This document shows positions 11,003-22,826 of a stretch of 64,000 nt of DNA, piece by piece. The DNA lies in assembly GCA_038316355.1 (NCBI GenBank), contig JBBQAO010000009.1, positions 9,336-73,335 on the forward strand, given 5' to 3'. This DNA is from Burkholderiales bacterium (GTDB lineage Bacteria > Pseudomonadota > Gammaproteobacteria > Burkholderiales > SG8-41). The notes beneath the pieces are model-generated. The model did not search any database, was not told the DNA's origin, and saw only the letters and a list, made by a program, of their open reading frames with translations. Made by a program: the position numbers and the translations under genes. How positions within the stretch are numbered: position 1 is the stretch's first letter; each line of letters opens with the position of its first letter.

Positions 11003-11025
11003 AAAGCTTTTGACTCAAAAGCTTT
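11003..11025. promoter_or_regulatory. perfect 23-bp palindrome (11-1-11) in the leuA upstream region
   Basis: AAAGCTTTTGA-C-TCAAAAGCTTT, verified base by base, followed by TCTCC. It could be an operator or an AU-rich hairpin. Confidence 0.4.
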
Positions 11026-11188
11026 TCTCCGTTGCCGCGCTTGCGCTGGCCGGTCTGCTGCTGCGCGGCCGCGCGCACTAACCCCCCCTCCCATTTTGCA
11101 GTTTCAGTCCGGCCCGGAACACGGTGCCGGGAATCCCGATTCCGGGCGCGCAGTGTTTGCGCCCTGCGTAAAGATTGAGGTTTGAATC

Positions 11189-12730
11189 ATGGCCAAAGAA
11201 AAATTGATCATATTTGATACGACGATGCGTGACGGCGAGCAGAGCCCCGGCGCGTCAATGAGCAAGGACGACAAACTCCGCATCGCGCGCCAGCTGGAGC
11301 GCATGCGCGTGGACATTATCGAGGCCGGATTCCCGGCCGCCAGTGACGGCGATTTCGAGTCGGTGCAGGCCGTCGCGCGTGCGATCAAGGACAGCACCGT
11401 CTGTGGACTGGCACGCGCCAACGAAAAGGACATTCGCCGCTGTGGCGAAGCGGTCCGGGTGGCCGCGCGACCACGGGTGCATACCTTCATTGCGACGTCG
11501 CCGATCCACATGGAAAAGAAGCTGCGCATGGAACCTTCACAGGTCATCGATCAGGCGGTGCGTGCGATCAAATGGGCGCGTGAATACACCGACAACGTCG
11601 AGTTTTCCCCGGAAGACGCCGGCCGTTCGGATCTCGATTTCCTCTGCCGCATCCTCGAGCAGGTGATCAAGGCCGGCGCGACAACCATCAACGTGCCGGA
11701 CACCGTGGGCTATACGCTGCCTGACCAGTTCGGGCGGCTTATCAAGAATCTGCGCGAACGGATTCCGAATGCCGATCAGGCGGTCTGGTCGGTGCATTGT
11801 CATAACGATCTCGGCCTGGCGGTGGCCAACTCGTTGGCCGCAGTACAGAACGGCGCGCGCCAGGTGGAATGCACCATCAACGGCCTCGGCGAACGTGCCG
11901 GCAATGCCGCGCTCGAGGAAATTGTCATGGCCGTGCGTACCCGCCAGGATCTTTTTACCTGCGATACCAATATCGATGCGACGCAGATCGTGCCGGCCTC
12001 GAAACTCGTGTCCGGCATCACCGGTTATCCGGTGCAGCCGAACAAGGCCATCGTCGGCGCCAATGCGTTTGCGCATGAGTCGGGTATTCACCAGGACGGC
12101 GTGCTGAAACACCGTGAAACATACGAAATCATGAGTGCGGAATCGGTGGGCTGGACCACCAACCGGCTGACGCTGGGCAAACTGTCCGGGCGCAATGCTT
12201 TCAAGACCCGTTTGCACGAAATCGGTGTTGACCTGGAATCGGAAGAGGCACTCAATGCCGCGTTCAAACGCTTCAAGGAGCTCGCCGACAAGAAGCGCGA
12301 GATTTTCGACGAGGATCTGCACGCGCTGATTACCGAAGAGAACCTCGAACACATCGAGAACGAGCGTTACAACCTCGTTTCGCTGACCGCGCATTCCGAG
12401 ACTGGCGAACAACCCTACGCGCGTATCATCATCTCCGATGATGGAAAGGAGTTGCCGTCACAGTCGGAAGGCAGCGGACCGGTGGATGCTGCGTTCAAGG
12501 CCATAGAGGCGCTGGTGACAAGCAAGGCCGAACTGCTGCTGTATTCGGTCAATGCCATCACCACCGGCACCGATGCCCAGGGCGAGGTCACCGTGCGGCT
12601 GTCGAAGGACGGGCGCATCGTCAACGGCCAGGGCGCAGACACCGATATCGTGGTGGCTTCCGCCAAGGCCTACATCAACGCGCTGAACAAACTCTGCGCC
12701 AAAGCGGAACGGCTGAATCCGCAGCTGTAA
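11189..12730 (+). CDS. leuA: 2-isopropylmalate synthase
   Basis: 513 aa with [14 protein letters not shown] and [12 protein letters not shown] motifs and a C-terminal LeuA dimerisation/regulatory domain. Confidence 0.97.
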   Translation: MAKEKLIIFDTTMRDGEQSPGASMSKDDKLRIARQLERMRVDIIEAGFPAASDGDFESVQAVARAIKDSTVCGLARANEKDIRRCGEAVRVAARPRVHTFIATSPIHMEKKLRMEPSQVIDQAVRAIKWAREYTDNVEFSPEDAGRSDLDFLCRILEQVIKAGATTINVPDTVGYTLPDQFGRLIKNLRERIPNADQAVWSVHCHNDLGLAVANSLAAVQNGARQVECTINGLGERAGNAALEEIVMAVRTRQDLFTCDTNIDATQIVPASKLVSGITGYPVQPNKAIVGANAFAHESGIHQDGVLKHRETYEIMSAESVGWTTNRLTLGKLSGRNAFKTRLHEIGVDLESEEALNAAFKRFKELADKKREIFDEDLHALITEENLEHIENERYNLVSLTAHSETGEQPYARIIISDDGKELPSQSEGSGPVDAAFKAIEALVTSKAELLLYSVNAITTGTDAQGEVTVRLSKDGRIVNGQGADTDIVVASAKAYINALNKLCAKAERLNPQL

Positions 12731-12763
12731 CCGCGGTGCGGGCGGACGGCGGGAAGGGCGGGC

Positions 12764-12932
12764 ATGCTGAAATGGCTGATTACGCTGCTTGTCGTCCTGT
12801 TTGCACTGGGCCTGTTGCGGCCGGTGCTGGTCAAACTGGGCTTGGGCCGGCTGCCCGGTGACCTGGAAGTGCAGCATCGCGGACGGAAGTTTTATGTTCC
12901 GCTGGCCACCAGTGTCATTTTTTCAGTGCTGA

Positions 12933-12958
<26 letters not shown>
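12764..12958 (+). CDS. DUF2905 family small membrane protein
   Basis: 64 aa with two TM segments and an LPGDL..Q..G.KFY.P motif. Confidence 0.65.
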
Positions 12959-14533
<1,575 letters not shown>

Positions 14534-14546
<13 letters not shown>

Positions 14547-16246
14547 ACCATTGATTTTATTAATATTTTTGCCTCATTCAGAGGCAGGTTGCGGGCTTCG
14601 GTATCGCGCCGGCCCTTGTACTCGATCTGACCTTCCTTCAAACCGCGGTCACCGATGACGACGCGGTGCGGCACCCCGATCAGCTCCATGTCGGCGAACA
14701 TCGCGCCGGGGCGTTCGTCGCGGTTGTCGAGCAGCACATCGATGCCTTCGTTCAGCAGTTCGGCGTACAGCAGGTCGGCGGCAGCTTTGACCGCGGCACT
14801 CTTGTGATAACCGATGGGTACGATGGCGACAGCGAAGGGCGCGATGGCGCACGGGAACATGATGCCGCGTTCGTCGTGGTTCTGCTCGATGGCTGCGGCG
14901 ACAATGCGCGTGACACCGATGCCGTAACAGCCCATTTCCATGATCTGTGTTTTGCCCGACTCGTCGAGGAAGCCCAGCTTGAGGGCCTCGGAGTATTTGG
15001 TGCGCAACTGGAAAATGTGACCGACTTCGATGCCGCGGCAGAGTTCCAGCGTGCCCTTGCCGTCGGGCGAGAGATCACCGGTAACAACATTGCGGATATC
15101 GGCGACAGCCGGCTCGGCAAAATCGCGACCGATGTTGGCACCGGTGTAATGATGATCGTTGGTGTTGGCGCCGGTGACAAAATCCGCCATCGCCATCACT
15201 GAGCGATCTGCGATCACCGTGCCGGCGAATCCCGCAGGCCCCAGCGAGCCGGGCTCAGCACCGAATGCGTCGCGTATCGCTTCCACGGACGAGAACGTCA
15301 CCGGCTGTTTGAGTTGCGCCAGCTTGCCGGCCTTGATCATGTTCAGTTCATGATCGCCGCGCACCAGCAACAGCACCGGTTTGCCGTCGGCGCCGTCAAC
15401 CACCACGGCCTTGACGGTGTGTTGTGCCGGGACTTTGAGGAAGGCGCACAGCTCGGCGATGGTTTTGACGCTCGGCGTATGTATTTTCTGCAGCGTCTGT
15501 GTCGCCGCCGGGCGCGGCGTTGCGGGTGCCACGGCTTCCGCCAGTTCGAGGTTCGAGGCGTAATCCGATTGTGGGCAATAGGCGATGGCGTCTTCGCCGG
15601 AGTCGGCAAGCACATGGAATTCGTGCGAACCGGTGCCGCCGATCGAGCCGGTGTCGGCAGCGACCGCGCGGAACTTAAGTCCGAGCCGCGTGAAAATACG
15701 GCTGTAGGTGTCGTGCATATTGCGGTATTCGCGCACCAGATCGTCGTAATTGACATGGAATGAATAGGCGTCTTTCATGATGAACTCGCGTCCGCGCATG
15801 ACCCCGAAACGCGGCCGGATCTCGTCGCGGAACTTGGTCTGGATCTGGTAAAAATTCAGCGGCAGCTGACGGTAGCTCTTGATTTCGCGGCGTACCACGT
15901 CGCTGACGACTTCCTCATGTGTCGGGCCGAAACAGAAATCGCGCTGGTGGCGGTCCTTGATGCGCAGCAATTCCGCACCGTACTGTTCCCAGCGCCTCGA
16001 TTCATGCCACAGTTCGGCGGGCTGCACGGCCGGCATCAGCAGTTCGATGGCGCCGCCGCGGTTCATTTCCTCGCGGATGATCATTTCGACCTTGCGCAGC
16101 ACGCGCAGGCCCAGCGGCATCCAGGTGTATACGCCGCTGGTCAGGCGTTTGATCAGGCCGGCACGCAGCATGAGCTTGTGGCTGATGACTTCCGCTTCGG
16201 AAGGCGCTTCCTTCAGCGTCGAAATGAAAAACTGCGAGACACGCAT
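14534..16246 (-). CDS. proS: proline--tRNA ligase
   Basis: 570 aa bacterial-type ProRS with an editing-domain insertion. The N-terminus is [30 protein letters not shown]. Confidence 0.97.
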
Positions 16247-16324
16247 GCCTGTTCCCGATCCGATAAAACCCTTATTCTACCGAACCCTACGACCAACCTT
16301 GTGAAACTCGGGCTGTAACCACGC

Positions 16325-17122
16325 ATGAAATTCCTGCCCAAATGGCGTTTGCGCAAGCCGGCCGAAGACGCCGAAACGGTTTATGTCAGCGAGAAGTTCG
16401 GTGTGCGTTCACTGCACATCGGCAGCGACACCGTGCAAAGCGCCATGCGCATCACGCGGCCGAACGATTTGGAGCTGTCCTATACGCGGTCGATGATGGC
16501 CTGCCTGTTGTTCCAGACCGATCCGCGCAATGTGCTGATGATCGGTCTGGGTGGCGGCTCGGTGGCCAAGTATGTGTATCACCAGTTTCCCGAGGCGAAA
16601 GTGCGCGTGCTGGAGCTGGATCTGCAGGTGGTGGCGATTGCCCGGCAATGTTTCCTGGTGCCGCCGGATGATGCGCGGTTCCAGGTCATCATCGGTGACG
16701 GTGCCGAATACATGGCGCGACGTGATGCGCGGGTTGACCTGATCATGGTTGACGGTTACGACGCGGAATCGCATGTCGAGGAGCTGGCAACGCGCGAGTT
16801 CTACAGCGATTGCCGCGCCCGGCTCAGTGCCGGCGGTGTGCTGGTGGTGAACCTGTGGGGTGGCGACCGCCAGTTCAACGAAGTGCTCAAACGGATTGAG
16901 GATGTGTTTTCCGAGGGCACCCTGTGCCTGCCGGCGCGCAAACCGGGCAATGTGATTGCCTTTGGCTTCCGCGACCCGCCGGGGCCGATGCTCTGGGCGG
17001 ACCTGGAATGCCGGGCGTCAGAGCTGGAAACGCGCCTCGGACTGGAGTTCCCGCTGTTCGTCGCCGGGCTGCGCACCATGAACCGCTGCGATGCCGCCCG
17101 CCTTTACGCCCGAAATCTATAG
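16325..17122 (+). CDS. spermidine synthase-like methyltransferase-fold protein
   Basis: LMIGLGGGSVAKY and IMVDGYD motifs of the spermine/spermidine synthase fold. The substrate is unknown. Confidence 0.65.
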   Translation: MKFLPKWRLRKPAEDAETVYVSEKFGVRSLHIGSDTVQSAMRITRPNDLELSYTRSMMACLLFQTDPRNVLMIGLGGGSVAKYVYHQFPEAKVRVLELDLQVVAIARQCFLVPPDDARFQVIIGDGAEYMARRDARVDLIMVDGYDAESHVEELATREFYSDCRARLSAGGVLVVNLWGGDRQFNEVLKRIEDVFSEGTLCLPARKPGNVIAFGFRDPPGPMLWADLECRASELETRLGLEFPLFVAGLRTMNRCDAARLYARNL

Positions 17123-17196
17123 AGGTTGCGGGCTTTCAATGCCCGGGGATTTGTGAAAAAATCAATTCCATATGATTAACAGATTCGGGGATGCCC

Positions 17197-17715
17197 ATGA
17201 TCGACAGAGATGGCTATCGCCCCAACGTTGGAATCGTTTTATGCAATTGCAAAAACGAGGTGTTTTGGGGTAAACGGGTACGCGAACATTCGTGGCAGTT
17301 TCCGCAGGGCGGAATTAATGGCGGTGAACGCCCGGAAGCGGCGATGTACCGCGAATTGCACGAAGAAGTCGGCTTGAAACCGGAGCATGTGCAGGTGCTG
17401 GGACGCACCCGGGACTGGCTGCGCTACGAGGTGCCGGTGCGCTGGCTGCGGCGCGAGTGGCGCGGCAATTACCGCGGCCAGAAACAGATCTGGTTCCTGC
17501 TGCGAATGGTCGGGCGTGATTGCGATGTCTGTCTGCGTGCCTCGGAAAAACCAGAATTCGACGCCTGGCGCTGGCATGATTACTGGGCGCCGACCCAGGA
17601 TGTCATCGAGTTCAAGCGCGGGGTTTACGAACAGGCATTGAACGAACTGTCACGGTTTCTGGTCAAGCGCCAGGATCAGCACAAACACCAGCGGGTACCG
17701 CTGGCCGGTGCATGA
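17197..17715 (+). CDS. rppH: RNA pyrophosphohydrolase (Nudix)
   Basis: [18 protein letters not shown]-terminus and a Nudix box [23 protein letters not shown]. Confidence 0.93.
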   Translation: MIDRDGYRPNVGIVLCNCKNEVFWGKRVREHSWQFPQGGINGGERPEAAMYRELHEEVGLKPEHVQVLGRTRDWLRYEVPVRWLRREWRGNYRGQKQIWFLLRMVGRDCDVCLRASEKPEFDAWRWHDYWAPTQDVIEFKRGVYEQALNELSRFLVKRQDQHKHQRVPLAGA

Positions 17716-17794
17716 CGGCTTGATATTCTCCATCCGGCATCCCGAAAGGCCGGCGGCCCACCGCGCGACGCACATCAACCACAGGTAAGCGAAT

Positions 17795-18388
17795 ATGGTA
17801 CGCAATTACTCTGCAATCAAGCCTGTCAGCCTTCAGGTGGATAGTGGTTATGCTCAACCCACGCAGGCCGTTCTGGATCGCGTGCGCATCGACAGTCCTG
17901 CGCGCGATGTCATGACCGATTTCACCAAAATCACTGCGGTCATCATCCTGCAGGGGGACAGTGCCGACGAAGCCCACCTGCGGATGATCCAGCGTGGTGT
18001 GCGTCTGCTGCTGGTGGTTGATGCGGATCGCCGCGTGCAGGGTATCGTCACTGCGAACGATGTGCTGGGTGAAAAACCGGTCAAAACGGCGGTGCAGCGC
18101 GGCGTACCGCGCAGCGAGGTGCGGGTCCGCGACATCATGACACCGCGCGCCACGCTGGAAGCACTGGAGATTCGTGAGGTCGAAGCCGCGACAGTTGGGC
18201 ATGTCGTGGCCACGCTGAAAGCTGCCGGCCGCCAGCACACGCTGGTTGTTGATCTCGATGCCAAGGGGCAACAACGGGTTCGAGGCGTATTTTCGGCGAC
18301 ACAGATTGCGCGCCAACTGGGGATTGCCATCACGATCGAAGTCGTGGCGCGGACTTTCGCGGATATCGAGGCCAGCCTCGGTCATTAA
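17795..18388 (+). CDS. CBS domain-containing protein
   Basis: Two CBS-like repeats (ARDVMTDF...VVDADRRVQGIVTANDV and VRDIMTPR...LVVDLDAKGQQRVRGVFSATQI). Confidence 0.7.
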   Translation: MVRNYSAIKPVSLQVDSGYAQPTQAVLDRVRIDSPARDVMTDFTKITAVIILQGDSADEAHLRMIQRGVRLLLVVDADRRVQGIVTANDVLGEKPVKTAVQRGVPRSEVRVRDIMTPRATLEALEIREVEAATVGHVVATLKAAGRQHTLVVDLDAKGQQRVRGVFSATQIARQLGIAITIEVVARTFADIEASLGH

Positions 18389-18468
18389 GTCTGGATTGCC
18401 GCGCATCGGCCGGGCTTTACTGTTGACTCCCTTCCGGGGTTTCACTTACACTTCATTTACAGATTAGA

Positions 18469-18481
18469 TTTAGTCTAAATA
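18469..18481. promoter_or_regulatory. 13-bp perfect palindrome upstream of the rubrerythrin gene (candidate operator)
   Basis: ATTTAG-T-CTAAAT within the AT-rich spacer, 80 bp upstream of the ATG at 18561. The regulator is unknown. Confidence 0.3.
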
Positions 18482-18560
18482 TCTGTGGAGCATGGTTTGC
18501 CGCGGTACGCGCTTTGTATTCGCAGTATATAAGTAAACTATTGTTTTTAAAGGAGTTTTT

Positions 18561-18980
18561 ATGCAGCTCAAAAATTCGCAGACCCACGGAAACCTGAAAG
18601 CCGCGTTTGCCGGCGAATCCCAGGCCAACCGCCGTTACCTCTACTTTGCAGCCAAAGCCGACGTCGAAGGTCAGAACGATGTGGCGGTGGTGTTCCGTTC
18701 CACCGCCGAAGGTGAAACCGGCCACGCCCACGGCCACCTGGAGTACATGGAAGCCTGTGGCGACCCCGCAACCGATCTGCCGATCGGCCGCACCCGCGAG
18801 AACCTGAAGGCCGCGATTGCCGGTGAAACCCACGAGTACACCGACATGTACCCGGGCATGGCGAAAACCGCGCGCGACGAAGGTTTCGGCGAAATCGCCG
18901 ACTGGTTCGAAACGCTGGCCAAAGCCGAGCGTTCGCACGCCAACCGTTTCCAGAAAGCCTTGGACGCACTGGCCGACTGA
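18561..18980 (+). CDS. rubrerythrin-family diiron protein (no rubredoxin domain)
   Basis: 139 aa with duplicated E...ExxH ligand sets (GESQANRRY, EGETGHAHGH, AGETHEY, AERSHANRF). Confidence 0.88.
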   Translation: MQLKNSQTHGNLKAAFAGESQANRRYLYFAAKADVEGQNDVAVVFRSTAEGETGHAHGHLEYMEACGDPATDLPIGRTRENLKAAIAGETHEYTDMYPGMAKTARDEGFGEIADWFETLAKAERSHANRFQKALDALAD

Positions 18981-19001
18981 TCAGGCATGTTGTTTGTGAT
19001 G

Positions 19002-19031
19002 GAAAGAGGCGCGCCTGCGCCTCTTTCTTTT
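19002..19031 (+). terminator. rho-independent terminator after rubrerythrin
   Basis: GAAAGAGGCGC-gcct-GCGCCTCTTTC, an 11-bp perfect stem, followed by TTTT. Confidence 0.8.
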
Positions 19032-19134
19032 CTGACGCTGCAACTATTGAAAGCCCCATAAAATAATGACAAAAACATGCCCTTGCCCAGGTTGTCACGT
19101 TTTTGGAAAACATCGATAAACGGTACTGCTCACC

Positions 19135-20499
19135 ATGACTGTACGCGAAGGTAGTCTCGAGGCCCCCACCAGGCACCCGCTGGACTGGCAATCGGCAGAT
19201 TTTTACGACGAAGGCAAACTCAACCACGAGCTTGAGCGCGTTTTCGACATCTGCCACGGCTGCCGCCGCTGCGTGAATCTGTGCACGGCCTTTCCCAGGC
19301 TGTTCGATCTGGTCGATGAAAGCCCGACGCTGGAAGTCGACGGCATTCCCAAGAAGGATTACTGGGAAGTCATTGACCGCTGTTACCTCTGTGACATGTG
19401 TTACATGACCAAGTGTCCGTACGTGCCGCCACATGAATGGAATGTGGATTTCCCGCACCTGATGCTGCGTGCCAAGGCGGTCAAATTCCGCAAGGGCGAA
19501 ACCTCATTCCGCGACAAGCTGCTGTCGAGCACCGATGCGCTGGGCAAGCTGGCGTCGATCCCGGTGGTGGTGCAGATGGTCAATGCTGCGAACAAGTCCG
19601 CACCGGTGCGCAAGGTCATGGACAGCGTGCTCGGCATTCACCAGGATCGCGTGCTGCCCGAGTACAACAGTGCGAAATTCCGCACGACGGCGAAACCTGA
19701 TGCTTCGTTTCCGGTCAGGGACGGCAAAACTGCGCCGGGCAAGGTCGCGATATTTTCGACCTGTTATGTCAATTACAACGAGCCGGGCATCGGCCATGAC
19801 CTGGTGAAAATTCTCGCCCACAACGAGGTTCCCGCGATCATCGTCGAAAAAGAAGCCTGCTGTGGCATGCCCAAGCTGGAACTGGGCGACCTCAAAGCCG
19901 TGGCACGCAACAAGGAACTGAATATCCCCGTGCTGGCGAAACTGGCACGTGAGGGGTACGCCATTCTGACCGCAGTGCCGTCGTGCACGCTGATGTTCAA
20001 GCAGGAACTGCCGCTGATGTTCCCTGATGATGCGGATGTACAGGCGGTGGGCGAGGCGATATTTGATCCCTTCGAATACCTGGTGCTGCGCCACAAGGAC
20101 GGCCTGCTGAAAAAAGAATTCAGCCGGCCGCTGGGCAAGGTGTCGTACCACATTCCCTGCCACCTGCGGGTGCAGAACATGGGGCAGAAGACGCGCGAAC
20201 TGCTGGAAATGATCCCGGATACGACTGTCACCACTGTAGAGCGCTGCGCCGGCCATGACGGCACCTGGGGTGTCAAGAGCGAGTACTTCGAGCAGTCGAT
20301 GAAAATCGGCCGCCCGGTGTTCCGCCTGATGAACGACGCCGCGCCGGATTACATCAGCTCCGACTGCGCAATCGCCGGCCGCCATATCGAACAGGGGATT
20401 AATGAAAGCAAGGCGAGTGACGGTAAGGCTGACCCGGACCGCGGCGCAGCGCAAAAACAGCATCCCATTACATTGATACGCATTGCCTACGGACTTTGA
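19135..20499 (+). CDS. (Fe-S)-binding protein with CCG domains (heterodisulfide reductase D / GlpC-like)
   Basis: Two 4Fe-4S ferredoxin motifs (CHGCRRCVNLC, CYLCDMCYMTKCP) and Cys-rich CCG motifs (ACCGMP, HIPCH). Confidence 0.8.
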   Translation: MTVREGSLEAPTRHPLDWQSADFYDEGKLNHELERVFDICHGCRRCVNLCTAFPRLFDLVDESPTLEVDGIPKKDYWEVIDRCYLCDMCYMTKCPYVPPHEWNVDFPHLMLRAKAVKFRKGETSFRDKLLSSTDALGKLASIPVVVQMVNAANKSAPVRKVMDSVLGIHQDRVLPEYNSAKFRTTAKPDASFPVRDGKTAPGKVAIFSTCYVNYNEPGIGHDLVKILAHNEVPAIIVEKEACCGMPKLELGDLKAVARNKELNIPVLAKLAREGYAILTAVPSCTLMFKQELPLMFPDDADVQAVGEAIFDPFEYLVLRHKDGLLKKEFSRPLGKVSYHIPCHLRVQNMGQKTRELLEMIPDTTVTTVERCAGHDGTWGVKSEYFEQSMKIGRPVFRLMNDAAPDYISSDCAIAGRHIEQGINESKASDGKADPDRGAAQKQHPITLIRIAYGL

Positions 20500-20507
20500 T
20501 ACCCGCC

Positions 20508-21092
20508 ATGCCCCACATTAGCCAAGACAGCCTGATGCCGCTCGAAACTTACGCCAGGGTGCGGCCTGAATTCCGTGCCAAGGTGATTGCACACAAAAAA
20601 GACCGTGCCATCCAGCTCGGTGCAAACGTGACGCTGATTTTCGAGGATGAGCTGACCATCCGTTACCAGGTGCAGGAAATGCTGCGCGCGGAAAAGATTT
20701 TTGAGCAGGCCGGCATTGTTGACGAACTGGAAGCCTACAACCCGCTGATTCCGGACGGCAGCAACTGGAAGGCGACCATGATGATCGAGTATCCCGATGA
20801 GAACGAGCGCCGCATCAAACTTGCGCAACTGATCGGGGTCGAGGATCGCGTCTGGGTGCAGGTTGCCGGATGTGACCGCGTGCATGCTATCGCGGACGAA
20901 GATCTGCAACGCGACAACGGGCAGAAAACGTCAGCCGTGCATTTCCTGCGCTTCGAGCTTGCCGCGACCATGGTTACTGCATTGCGTGGCGGCGCGGTGC
21001 TGGCGATGGGGGTGGATCATCCGAACTACGCCGCGACTGTCGTCCGGGTCGGGGATACGCTGAGCGCATCGCTGCTCGCCGATCTCGCCTAG
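20508..21092 (+). CDS. DUF3501 family protein
   Basis: MPHISQDSLMPLETYARVRPEFRAKVIAHKKDR... It directly follows and slightly overlaps the Fe-S gene. The track start is the TTG at 20496. Confidence 0.65.
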   Translation: MPHISQDSLMPLETYARVRPEFRAKVIAHKKDRAIQLGANVTLIFEDELTIRYQVQEMLRAEKIFEQAGIVDELEAYNPLIPDGSNWKATMMIEYPDENERRIKLAQLIGVEDRVWVQVAGCDRVHAIADEDLQRDNGQKTSAVHFLRFELAATMVTALRGGAVLAMGVDHPNYAATVVRVGDTLSASLLADLA

Positions 21093-21140
21093 ATTGTCAC
21101 GGGTGCCCGCGCCGGCGCCTGAGGCAGTACAATCCACGGC

Positions 21141-21680
21141 GTGAAAACCATACGTTTCAGATTCGCATGCTGGCTGGCCGCCGGCTGGCTGGTTGCCGGC
21201 CCGGCGCTGGCCCAGTGGGATGGCTGGGATTACGCATTCGACCGTGAAATCAAGCCTTGGGCCGAGATGCAGCAGCAGATCCCGGTTTATCCCGTGGATA
21301 ACAACCTGATTCCGCTGGATGTCGGTTCCGCCACTTCCCATCGTTTTTTTGTCGACAGCAAGTCGGTATCTACCGGCACCGACGGCGTGGTGCGCTATAC
21401 GTTAGTGATCAAAACCGCCGGCGGTGCAAGCAATGTGTCCTTCGAGGGCATTCGCTGCGAATCCCGGGAACAGAAATATTACGCCATCGGGCACAATGAC
21501 CGGACTTGGGCCCGCGCCCGCAGTCCGCAGTGGCGATACATAGAATTCCAGAACATCAATGCACAGCACATTACGCTCTATGGCGAATACTTTTGCCGCA
21601 GGAAAATAATGGTGGAATCGGCCGGGCAGATTGTGCAGGCCTTGCGCCGTGGACCCGCGCGGGCCCCGACCGTCGACTGA
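21141..21680 (+). CDS. CNP1-like secreted protein
   Basis: Signal peptide plus a recalled resemblance to CNP1-like domain proteins (GTDGVVRYTLVIKTAGGASNVSFEGIRC). GTG start. Confidence 0.5.
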   Translation: MKTIRFRFACWLAAGWLVAGPALAQWDGWDYAFDREIKPWAEMQQQIPVYPVDNNLIPLDVGSATSHRFFVDSKSVSTGTDGVVRYTLVIKTAGGASNVSFEGIRCESREQKYYAIGHNDRTWARARSPQWRYIEFQNINAQHITLYGEYFCRRKIMVESAGQIVQALRRGPARAPTVD

Positions 21681-21689
21681 TTTGCTCTG

Positions 21690-22826
21690 CTAGAGCAGTA
21701 CCAGATTATCGCGGTGTATCAGTTCCGGCGCGTCGACGTAGCCCAACTTGACCTCAATCTGGCCGGACGGCGTGCGCAGGATGGCGCAGGTGTCGGCGTA
21801 GTTGTAATTGATCAGCCCGCGGGCGATTTCCCGGCCTGATTCGTCCAGACAACTCACCACCTCGCCACGCTCGAAGTCCCCCGTCGCGGCGCAGACGCCG
21901 ACCGGCAGCAGGCTTTTGCCGTCGATCAGCAGCGCTTTTACTGCACCCGCATCCAGAGTGACCCGGCCGCGCACCTGCAGGTGGTCGGCCAGCCATTGTT
22001 TGCGCGCGACAACCGTTGCCTGCTGCGCGAGCAACTGGGTACCGAGACGTTCTCCGGCGGCAAGCCGCAGCAGTACATCGGGTTCACGTCCCCAGGCGAT
22101 GATGGTGTCTGCGCCGCTGCGCGCCGCGCGTTTGGCCGCGAGGATTTTGGTCAGCATGCCCCCGCGCGCAATGGCGCTGTCTGTCGATCCGGCGATGGTT
22201 TCCAGGTATGGATCACCGGCAACGCCGTCGGCGATGGGTTTGGCACCGGGATCCTTGCGCGGATCCGCGCTGTACAGCCCGCGCTGGTCGGTCAGGATCA
22301 CCAGCGCGTCGGCTTCGATCAGGTTCGCGACCAGTGCGGCCAGGGTGTCGTTGTCGCCGAATCTGATTTCATCGATCGCCACCGTGTCGTTTTCGTTGAT
22401 GACCGGGATGACGCCCAGGTCGAGCAGGGTTCGCAGGGTCGAACGCGCATTGAGGTAGCGTTTGCGGTCGGCGAGATCTTCGTGCGTCAGCAGGATCTGT
22501 GCCGTCAGCAATCCGTGGCTGCGGAAACAGGACTCGTACACCTGGACCATGCCCATCTGTCCGACGGCTGCTGCCGCCTGCAGTTCATGCAGCGCATGCG
22601 GTCTGCGGGGCCAGCCCAAGCGCTGCATGCCTTCGGCAATGGCGCCGCTGGAGACCAGCACGATCTGTCGTCCGTCACTTTGCAGGCGCGCGATCTGTTC
22701 TGCCCAACCGGTCAGTGCGCCATGATCCAGGCCCTGTCCGGCATTGGTCACCAGGCCACTGCCGACCTTGACCACCAGCCGCCGCGCTTTTTTGATGACG
22801 GATTCCATGGCTGGTTGCGCGCTCAT
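21690..22826 (-). CDS. proB: glutamate 5-kinase
   Basis: [14 protein letters not shown]-terminus and a C-terminal PUA domain. The start at ATG 22826 forms an ATGA overlap with the obgE stop. Confidence 0.95.
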   Translation of the reverse strand: MSAQPAMESVIKKARRLVVKVGSGLVTNAGQGLDHGALTGWAEQIARLQSDGRQIVLVSSGAIAEGMQRLGWPRRPHALHELQAAAAVGQMGMVQVYESCFRSHGLLTAQILLTHEDLADRKRYLNARSTLRTLLDLGVIPVINENDTVAIDEIRFGDNDTLAALVANLIEADALVILTDQRGLYSADPRKDPGAKPIADGVAGDPYLETIAGSTDSAIARGGMLTKILAAKRAARSGADTIIAWGREPDVLLRLAAGERLGTQLLAQQATVVARKQWLADHLQVRGRVTLDAGAVKALLIDGKSLLPVGVCAATGDFERGEVVSCLDESGREIARGLINYNYADTCAILRTPSGQIEVKLGYVDAPELIHRDNLVLL

